Of a stretch of DNA of 64,000 nt, positions 54,059 through 64,000 are shown in pieces. The stretch's first letter is position 1; every line of letters starts with the position of its first letter. Origin of the DNA: Eledone cirrhosa (lineage: Eukaryota); NCBI GenBank assembly GCA_964016885.1, contig OZ024754.1, positions 26,288,001 to 26,352,000 of the forward strand, read 5' to 3'. The translations under genes and the position numbers were made by a program. Below the pieces are notes generated by a model. The model saw only the letters and a program-made list of their open reading frames with translations, searched no databases and was not told the origin of the DNA.

Positions 54059-54646
54059 GGGTTTATGTCGAACACCTGCTGTCGCGTATAGAACGGATCC
54101 GGCTATCAGCTGAGTCCATCGTGAGGATTTCCCCGCCCTCTTCCTTTTGCCGGGAAGGGCAGGAAGTTTTTATCTGTCTGGTGGCCATGGCGAAAGAGAT
54201 AGTATGGTTGATGCGTCTGAAAGGGCTGAAGACGAGCACTTACCTCTTCGGTGATGCCCTGATTAACTTTTTCAAATTTCATTTGAAAAGGAAAATCAGG
54301 GTAGAGAAGGAAGTGCTCTCTTCCCAGCATTTTGTTGAAAGATGGGTGAGAGAAGCAAGAATGGCCCGAGTGAATGGGCCGACTCTGAGTATATATCTGT
54401 AAATTGAAGGTGGAAAACTGGGAGAGGGCACTTGCCCTGGTGGTCAGGATCACCGTGGCTTTTTTTAATGGGCTTTCTCCACGATGGCCCTCGGAAGTCT
54501 CCCCCTATTGGGGAATTTTTCATTGTCCTTTTTTGTTACATACTCTGTTTTTTTTCGTGTTTTTTACACGCAGAATGCCCATTTGTACCGTCCTGTACTG
54601 TCCTTAATGTCTACTTTGTGTAAACCCTTGTGGTTAATAAAGAAAG

Positions 54647-54648
<2 letters not shown>
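54057..54648 (+). pseudogene. Second Tx1 3' fragment with the same 5' breakpoint
   Basis: Coding part nearly identical to 53383-53729; 3' UTR more diverged. Confidence 0.88.
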
Positions 54649-54721
<73 letters not shown>

Positions 54722-54723
<2 letters not shown>

Positions 54724-56090
54724 TTTGAGTCTCAGTCATTGATGTTAGTTAACTGGAAAGTTTGTTGAGATGAATATCAAGCCACTACCCGCAGCCTCAG
54801 ATATTCAGGACGTATCGGAGGGTTCTTGCTGTTCCCAGCAAGCATGCCTTTTGAAGCGTTCCAAACAGCGTGATCTCCACACTGCCTGGTCATTATGTTT
54901 AACATCCTGCTCCCATATTCATCTCCAGAATGTTTTAGTTTGTTCCGCCTCACGGATCAAGTCGTTGCCTCTTTCTTTCCCTTCAAGCTGTCCAAACAGC
55001 ATCTTCTGGTTGTTGTCGAACATGCGGTTCTGTCTATACTGGCTGACTCTGTTCTCGTATCGCCTGATTTTTGCACTCTTTGCTACAATGCGTTGCTTCA
55101 GTTCCTCTATGATAATATTTAGCTTTTTCCTCCTAGTTTTGTACTTTATTTCCAGTCTATTTTTAGTGTCTATGTTTTTTAGTGTCCCATTCAGTAGGGA
55201 CTCAAGCTTTCCAATGTCATTTCTCATTTCCCTGATTTGACCACTCAGTCGTTTCTTCCACCAAGGCTCTGCTCTTTCTTGTCTGTTGTTTCCTCTCGCT
55301 TTTATACCAAGTAGTTACCTCACCGTATTTGCTGTTGCTTTGAGGATATTGTTGCACTGGTGAAGGCTCCTCGCCTCAAGGTATGGGATGACTTTGTTTA
55401 CCTTAGCTGTTGTTTCTTTTAACTTTTTCCTGTCTACAAATCTTAGGTTCATAGGTCTCCCACTATCATTGTTCAATTCATCTACCACTAAGTTTAGGAT
55501 ATCTACCAAATCTTGTCCTAGCCCGTCAGCATTCATCTCCTCAGTGGCCGTATCTCTGTTCCAGGTATTATTTATCTCAGCATTCAGATCATTGTCTGTT
55601 TCAGGTGGTTCCTCCGTTCTCTCGACCTCTTCACCTTCATTTCCCACTGGCTCGTTTGCCTGGCATACTCCACCCTCCATCTCCAAGCTAATCTCTCTGC
55701 CCAGTTCCTCCAGTTCCAGCTCGCTTATCCACCCATTAGTTCTTATTACCCGAGCCTGCCCGGCCAGTTTTTGTTCATCTAATTTAAATGGACCAATCTC
55801 GTTCCAGATGTTATGCATCCTTTTCCTATAGCCTTTCTCCTTGGGGTTACTCTTCAGGTAACATTGCATAACAGTTCTATTCAATTCTTTCGTCCAGTTG
55901 GTTCTGGTCCCTTTCCTTCTTCTTCTTCCTCCGACACCAGCAGTATTTGGTTGACAGCCAGGTCCCTGCTGCTGAGCCAGGGAGCACCTGTTGGGTGAGA
56001 GTCTGTCACATGACATTCTAGTCTCCATTTCACCGTTATTCGAACTGTTTAGGTTCGACATTTAAACACTCTTATCGAGGATTGGCGAAT
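54722..56090 (-). pseudogene. Internally deleted Dong/R4 element: N-terminal region joined directly to the 3' tip
   Basis: ATG at 56061; WTKELN..VMQCY...GYRKRM..IW, PWWKKRL, YRQNRMF; in-frame stops at 55315 and 54919; junction near 54870 to ..TLFGTLQKACLLGTAR. Confidence 0.8.
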
Positions 56091-57259
56091 GTATGGTTAC
56101 ATAACCACCGGTGAATTACTTGTCTCCGGTGGTTTCGTCACTCCACGTGACTTTTGTGTGGCATTATCACGCTGTAAACGAACCCAAACAAACAAACAAA
56201 CAAACAGGCAGAAAAAAACCCAAAAATGAATAAGCATAAGTTTCATTGTAATGTAGTGTTTGAATGTCTGACTTAGTTTTTCCCTTCTCTTTTCTGTCCG
56301 CCCGTTTGTTTTTCTCTTCATTTTTATTTCCTTTACGTTTTTCATTGTTGCTGTGCTGCTTTGATTTTGATTTTTGTTGTTTATTTTTGATTTTGACCGG
56401 GTCATCAATTCAGTCTATTTATATATTTTGATGTTTTCCTCTTTTAGTGGGAATTCTACAATGTAGCAGGGGATAGCGGGAGAGAATAGCGGCGGTAGTG
56501 ATATTGAGGCAGCGGCGGCGGTGGCGGTGCTGTGCTAGCAGCAACTAGCAGGAGGTAGTGGGAGAGAATAGCGGCGGTAGCGATAGTGAGGCAGCGGTGG
56601 TGGTGATGTGGTCGTATTACTGTAGTGATGGTGTTGAAGTTGGAGTAGAAATTTGAGTCGACTTGACCAGAGTTTTCATCGTGGTAGTGGTGGTGGTATT
56701 GGTGGTGAAATTATCTTTAGTGAAATTATCGTTAGTCGCGTATATGTGTTGACATTTACCCATAATATTGGAATTAAACATTTTGTTAAAACTAAAACTT
56801 GAGGCAATCGTAATAGTAATTATTATTATTATGCTGAGATTGGTGGTGGTGGTAGTGAAATTGCCGTTATCGGGCTGTTGTGTTTAGTGTACACAGAGGG
56901 GTGATGGGGTAGGTGGTGTATCTAGTTTCTGATGTTGGTGAAATTGCTGTTATTTGGCTGTTCTATATAGTGTAGACTGAGGGGGTTTTCTTCCATTTAT
57001 AACCATTTTCTTTTTTAATATAAAATGTATAATACAAAATTGAATATTTGAGCGATATAACAATATATTATGGATCCGAATTTTTTGGGACTCAAGCTGG
57101 ATGTTTTATGCAACATTTGTACTAAGAATTGTTATTTCACAATTGATTTAAATATGTTAAAAAATCAAAACTTACGGGAGCGATTTCTCGACCTTCTATC
57201 CACCATGTGTGTCTTCTTCCCTTATTATTATTATTATTATTATTATTATTGTTGTTATT

Positions 57260-58355
57260 CCTTGAATCTCAGTCATTGATGTTGGTTAACTGGAAAGTCC
57301 GTTGGAATGAATATCAAGCCACTACCTGCAGCCTCAGATATTCAGGACGTATCGGAGGGTTCTTGCTGTTCCAAGCAAGCATGCCTTTTGAAGCGTTCCA
57401 AACAGCGTGAAGGGGCCGATTTTCTTTAACCATCCCTGGAAACTTTTGGAGATAGTCCCCAGTGCGCCTATGACAATCGGGATCACTTTGACTTCATGAC
57501 AGTTCCAAATCCTTTTCACCTCCCACTTTAGGTCCTGGTATCGGTTAATTTTCTCCCTCTCCTTCTCTTGCACTCTCGTGTCGAAAGGGCAGGCCACATC
57601 CACAATCAGACACGATCTTTTTTCTTTGTCCACAACCACCAGGTCAGGTCTATTGTGTTCCAGTTTTTTGTCCGTCTGTATCCTAAAATCCCACAGCACC
57701 TTCACCTGATTGTTCTCCATCACCGCCTCTGGCCTATGCTCATACCATTTCTCAGAATGTGGTAAATTGTTTACTTTGCACAGGTGCCAGTGGATCACCC
57801 TGCCCATCACATCGTGTCTCCAGCCCTTATAGTGGGTCTGGGCTAGGTGTTTACACTCGGACACAATGTGAGCCACAGTCTCCTCTCTCTCTCCACAGAT
57901 CCTGCACAGTGGGCTAGCCTCCTCCTTGTAAATATGGTGCTTCAACCACTTCGTTTTGAGGGCCTGCTCCTGCGCAGCCATTAGCATTCCTTCTGTAGCC
58001 TTTTTGAGGTCTCCTCTTCTCAACCAGTTCCATGTCTGTGGATCTCTAAATTCAGTTTTCTCAAAGAAGGTACTATGAAGGGATTTTCCCTTAAGGCTGC
58101 TCTTCCTCCTTGATGTTATTTCCTCCTTGGACATCCCCTGGCCTACTGTACCCTCCTTCAGTACAGTTCTGAGCATTGGCTCCTTACTATAGGTCACGTA
58201 TTTGTATAGGTTGTTTTTCTCCATCTGAACACAGTCCTCTATGCTGATAAGACCTCTTCCACCCTCAGATCTCCTTAGGTAGAGTCTATCGACATCACTC
58301 CTCTTGTGGAACATGTTGTAGATAGTCAATAGCTTCCTAGTCTTCCTATCCATTT
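57260..58355 (-). pseudogene. Dong/R4 3' fragment, 339 aa uninterrupted, in (TAA)n
   Basis: DRKTRKLLT...H.RSDVDRLYL.RSEGGRGL plus CCHC and RLE motifs. Confidence 0.92.
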
Positions 58356-58367
58356 CTTTTTGTTCAG

Positions 58368-58422
<55 letters not shown>

Positions 58423-58819
58423 TAAAAATGGTTTTCTTTAAATATTATAGCTTATCTCTGTAACACGAGATAATATTTCTAAAACAATTTAAATTTCATC
58501 CACAGTTCTTCTCAGCAAATATAAGGAATTTTTACAATCCTTCTAGCTATCTGTTTCGTTCTCAAAAATTAATTGAATTCAAATCCCGTCGAGGTCAAAT
58601 TTGCGTTTCATTTTTCTGGGGTCGATACAACAAAGCACCAGTCAAACATTGGTGTTGATATAATCGATCTTTGATGTGGATATGATCGATTGTTTCCGCT
58701 TCACAAATCACTGGCCTTGAAATAATTAGGAACAAATAGTTTTATCATACTTCATCTCCAACACGAGAGGATGTTTATAAATGTAAATTCCGACAATTAT
58801 TCCCTTATTAAGTACGTGT

Positions 58820-58883
<64 letters not shown>

Positions 58884-60994
58884 GTGGAGAGAATCGTTTT
58901 CAGTACCAGATCGGTTATTTTCGATTTCGAAAGATGAAAGGGACATTGACCATGGCGGGATTTTAACTCAGAGTGCAGAGAACCGAAACAACAAATGTCA
59001 CAAAATATTATTTCCAACGTTTTAACAACTCTGGCATTTCACCGCAGTGTTGGTTAACTAAATATAACAACAGTCTGCAACACAGGCTATTAAGAAATGT
59101 CATAGATAGATTCTACATTATCTAGATCTCCTTTGGGGCGTATCTTTGTATTTTTTTTATAAATCTAAAGTGAAAAATGGAATACTAAACAAGACGTACG
59201 ACTGAGAAGATACTTAAGTAAGCCCAGAAGAGATATAAAACAATTAAGTTAGTGTTGTATTTCACATAACATGCAACTAACAGAGAATAATGATTTATAG
59301 GTAATCAGCAAGTCTTAAAACTATACATTATACAAGAAGGAAAAACAAACTAGTAAGTGCTAGTATTTATATCCTTTCAAGGACATTAGAGTATCGACTG
59401 TACAAAGATTCTCAACTGTGAATTAGAAAATCAAACTTTAGACAACCTGTGAAGACCAGTGATACAACAACGCCATCCACCCACGGTATTGTGTGTAAAT
59501 AAAATAGAAATATATTTAAAATGTAAAAAATGAACCTAAGTGAAAACGGTATATAGCTATCATTTTACACAACTCTTGATAAATGCACCTGTCTTTTTAC
59601 ATGTAGTGATTGTAATTCGCATTAAGCTTCCTAATCATTAAAATAATGGAATTTGTTCTCTCTTTAGAACTTTGTATTTGTTCTGACTGTTACATTGTTT
59701 TTAGTTTAAGCTCTTCTACTGGGAAAATGTGTGTGTGTGTGTGTGTGTGTGGGGGGGGGAGATGAAGCTGGAGATCTGCACTATGACGTGAGGCATATAG
59801 TAGTGTCCTGTTGTGGGTGTGAAACAGGCCAGAAAATATTACCAGCAGTAGAAAGACTAATAATTGCTTCTACTTTTGACACAAGCACAGCAATGACCTC
59901 GGTGCATTACTGGTACTTTATTTTATCGACCCCGAAAGGACGAAAGGCAAAACTAACCTCGTCGGGATTTGATATCATAACGTAACTTTGCTGCAAAGCA
60001 TGGCGTCTGACGCTCTACTGATATTGCCAGTACATCAATAAGCCCACCAACGGTCACAAATGACCATGTTACTGCACCTAGAAAGTTCCCCTCCGAGGCA
60101 CAGCCTGAGCAAGATGCTGTCCAATAAAAAGGCAATGGCTGATACAGCTTGGCACCAGTGACGTTGCAACTCATTTCTACAGCTGAGTGGACTGAAGCAG
60201 CATGAAATAAAGTGTCTTACTCAAGGATACAACGCATCACCCGGTCTGGGATTCGAACACACAACCTTACCATTGTGAACTAATGGGGGACGACATTCAG
60301 CTTCTTTCCTTTTGCCTTTCTTTTATTTTTTATTAACCTATAGGACAGGATGGACACCAATAATTCAAACAGATAGCTAATATCCAAACAATCAGAATGT
60401 TGAAACAAAACTTCGTATTAATATTAATGTAAATATTAATATAGAGATCGACTATGTATATTAATATAGATGTCCCAAGGGGAGTTTTAAGAGATTGTTG
60501 AGCATACTCCAGTTGGATGGGTGATAAGCGGTTGAGATATATATCTCATACAGGATATTACGTCATACAGGATATTACGTCAATAAATGACAACAGTTAA
60601 CCAGATAATTCTCAAAAGATTTTGCAGTTATTGTTGACTGTTATAGATATATTTGTGACTATAGTTAATCAGTTCGCTTGGTAATTACGGGATGCTGGGT
60701 TCAGTCCCGTTGTGTGGGACCTTGAGCAAGTGCCTTCTACTATAGCATCGGGTTGATCAATGTCTTGAGTGTGGAATTAGGTAGACGGAAACTGCAAGCG
60801 CTTTTTCTACATACATACACACATACATACATGCATACATACATACATATACACATACACACATACATACATGCACACATACATACATGCAAACATACAT
60901 ACATACATACATACATGCATGCAACATACATACATACATGCATACATGCATACACACATACATACATACATGCATACATACATACACACATACA

Positions 60995-61390
60995 TAAAAC
61001 TTTGTGAAATTATAAAACCAGAAGAACATACATACATATTTATGCCTGTGATTATTGGGACACTGGGATATGTAAGTAACTGCCTCAATACAAATCTTGA
61101 GAAGCTAAGCTTCACAGGAACAGAAAGAACACAACTAGTTAGGAAATTACAAGTACAATCCATTAATGGAACAGTAAAAATATATAAAACATTCCAAAAA
61201 TTTTGCATCTAATAACTGCATATACACATATACAGATACAAAGCATATACACATGCACACATACAACTCAAAACATACACATCTACACATACAATAACAT
61301 CCATATCTACACATACATGCATACATACATATCTACCTAGTTGATGTTGTGTAAATTCCAATGAGAGAGTCTTGTATCTATGTTACAGAA
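60995..61390 (+). pseudogene. 3' fragment of an RLE-type (R4/Dong-like) LINE in (ACAT)n
   Basis: YIFMPVIIGTLG...LQVQSINGTVKIYKTF resembles the RLE C-terminus (P.VIGALG...LQ....GT). Flanked by (ACAT)n. Confidence 0.6.
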
Positions 61391-61425
61391 GAACATACAT
61401 ACATACATAAATGGTTGCGATAGCT

Positions 61426-61558
61426 GGCACCTTCAACATTTGCAAAACATTCTTGCGATTCAAGGGATGACAATTTCTTTTCTTTTACAACCTTGCCACC
61501 AGGAAGGTGGCCGGTCAAAAAAAATATACTCGAAATTAAGAGAAAGAGATAATATAAA
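61426..61558 (+). mobile_element. 3' tip of a probable RLE LINE in (ACAT)n; copy of 18654-18778
   Basis: Near-identity between the two loci. Confidence 0.55.
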
Positions 61559-61659
61559 CATACATACATACCTTATGTAGTAAACAAACTTTCGATATTT
61601 CATGAGGTTTGTTTATTCCGCCTATGTTGATGTGTGGTTAAACGATAAAAAAGATCAAC

Positions 61660-62185
61660 ATGATCAACAACAACGACACCACCATCATCATCATCATGGT
61701 CGTCATCATCATCGTCATTATCACCAGCAGCAGCAGTAGCAGCAGCAATTACATCATCATCATCACCAGCATCATCTTCATCATCATTGTCACCAATAGA
61801 ACAGCAGCAACAGTAGCAGCAATGACATCATCACCATCTTCATCATTATCACCAACAGAACAACAACAACAACAACAACGACAGTTACAACAACAACAAC
61901 AACAACGACAGTTACAACAACAACAACAACAACAACAACGACAGTTACAACAGCAACAACAACTACAGTTACAACGACAACAACAACAACAACTACAGTT
62001 ACAACGACAACAACAACATCATCATCATTATCACCAACAGAACAGCAACAACAATACCAACAACAACAACAACAACGACAGTAACAACAACAACAACAAC
62101 AACGACAGTTACAACAACAACATCATCATTATCACCAACAGAACAGCAACAACAATAGCAACAACAACAACAACAACAACGTCAT
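61660..62185. repeat. CAT/CAG/CAA trinucleotide low-complexity block
   Basis: Seen directly. Confidence 0.9.
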
Positions 62186-62648
62186 TATTATTGATATGAT
62201 CAACAGTTTTGATCTTTGAGTATGTCCTAAATATTTGATGGAAAACATTTCACATTGTTAGTATGACATTTTTGTAGAGGTCAAGTTAGGATTTGGTCGT
62301 ATTTACTATATATAATTGTTTCTATTTTTGGCACAAGGCCAGCAATTACCCAGTACATTACTGGTACTTTATTTTAACGACCCTGTAAGGATGAAAGGCA
62401 AAGTTAACCTCGGCGGGATTTGAACTCAGATCATAAAGGGAGGTAACTCTATGCTTCAAAGCATGGCGTCCGGCCCTCTACCGATACTGCCAATCCACCA
62501 CCCTATATTATATAATGGTTTCTTATTTAGGCACATGGCCAGCAATTAAATCGATGTCAGTATATTACTGGTAATATATTAAACAATTATGTATGTATGT
62601 ATGTATGTATGTATGTATGTATGTATGTATGTATGTATGTATGTATGT

Positions 62649-64000
62649 ATTTCGAAGCTGAACAGTGGAAGATCTCCTGGTATGGATGGCATACATGCTG
62701 AGCTCCTACAATATGGTGGTGAAAGACTCCTGCAACATCTTTACTCTTTGTTTGGCAGGATATGGGCTAATGAATCCGTACCTGAGGACTGGAGAGATGC
62801 AGTAATGGTGGTCTTGTACAAGGGAAAGGGTAACAGGAATGATTGTGGGAACTACAGAGGTATATCATTGCTTTCTGTCGTAGGGAAAGTTTTATGTAGG
62901 GTGTTTCTGGACCGTCTGCTGACACACATTGCAGATTGTGTTCTTCCTGAAAGTCAATCTGGTTTTCGTGCTGGACGCGGCACTACTGATATGATCTTCT
63001 CAGCTAGACAGCTCCAGGAGAAGTGCATGGAATAAGGCTTGGATCTGTATCAGGTTTTTGTCGATCTGACAAAAGCTTTCGATACTGTTAACAGAGATGC
63101 ATTATGGAAGCTTCTCCAGAAACTTGGTTGCCCTGATAAGTTCCTTGCTTTAGTTAGGTCTTTCCATGACGACATGAAGGCTTGGGTTAATGTCAGAGGT
63201 AACATGTCGGAGCCTATCTCAGTAAAAAATGGAGTGAAACGGGGGGATATTCCAGCACCGACCCTGTTTGCCATATACTTTGCAATAGTTTTCTGTATTG
63301 CATTCAGGAATTGCGAGCATGGTGTTTACATCCGATATCGAACCTCAGGCAGCATATTTAACATCAGGCGCTTTGCTGCAAAGACAAGTATTTACATTAA
63401 TCACAAGAGGCCTCTTGTATGCAGATGATTGCGATCTTGTAGCGCACACAGAGTGATATGCAGCACATTTTGAATGCAGTTTCTAACGCTTGCACTGCCC
63501 TAGGATTGACTGTCAGTCTCAAGAAAACCGTCGTCATGTACCAACCTGCCCCTGGTAAGCAGTACACTGAACCAAATATCTATGTGTATGGTAAACGACT
63601 TGGAGTGGTTGATCAGTTTGTCTTCCTGGGAAGCACTGTCAATCGATACAGCAACCTTGACAGTGAAATCTCACTTAGGATTAGGAAAGCAAGTGATGCT
63701 TTCGGAAAGCTAGAAAGGCGACTCTGGGGTCGGCGAGACATATGCAGGAGGACAAAGGTAAAGGTGTACAGGGCATGTGTGCTCTCTTGTCTTCTTTATG
63801 CCTGCGAGACCTGGGTCACATATCGACACCACCTTAAGCAATTGGAGCGTTTCCATCAGATGTGTCTCAGACGGATCCATGGCGTTCACTGGAGGGACCA
63901 CATCAGTGATGTCGAGATTTTGGAAAGCTCTATGTGTGACAGTATAGAAGCTCTTGTGCTTAAGCAACGACTCCGTTGGAGTGGTCACATTGCCAGGATG
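62649..64000 (+). pseudogene. RTE-clade LINE RT region, 5'-truncated and disabled, running off the window
   Basis: SPGMDGI.AELL, WRDA..V.LYKGKG.R.DCGNYRGISLLS, PESQSGFR..R.T.DMIF..RQLQEKC, FVDLTKAFDTV, LLYADD at ~63412. Stop at 63033 and frameshifts. Confidence 0.9.

Noticed and set aside
61660-62199. Poly-Q/N ORF (and 51302-51819) as further GPCR exons
   Set aside because: Pure trinucleotide low complexity with no TM segments or splice evidence.

Overview
AT-rich, microsatellite-saturated animal DNA. The mix of tRNA-derived SINEs, Dong/R4, RTE, Tx1 and Penelope elements and a poly-N/Q/H-rich neuropeptide GPCR suggests a cephalopod (Octopus-like) genome; this is an inference. The only host gene I can support is the first coding exon of a CCK/gastrin/sulfakinin-type class A GPCR (23135-24176). 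I found no second exon, so the remaining ~40 kb is probably one large intron. The rest is retroelement-derived: (1) an apparently intact full-length Tx1/L1-clade LINE (2905-8608) sitting in a (TATC)n tract; (2) several Penelope-like element (PLE) fragments with RT and/or GIY-YIG domains and inverted or direct terminal duplications, embedded in (TA)n; (3) a stack of Dong/R4 and Tx1 3' fragments sharing one (TAA)n tract; (4) RTE pseudogenes; (5) many SINEs; (6) a SINE-derived 66/68-bp satellite; and (7) a ~5-kb punctuated (TA)n array. The most notable hidden signal is about 14 minimal type-I hammerhead ribozyme (HHR) motifs from about 10 distinct sequence families. These include U3-A8 covariant cores, and several sit in small non-coding fold-back elements (candidate non-autonomous PLE/retrozyme-like RNAs). 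Each retroelement family also appears tied to its own microsatellite. All calls were made by eye with no database searches or folding programs; repeat boundaries are approximate. Most ORFs in the supplied track are microsatellite artefacts.
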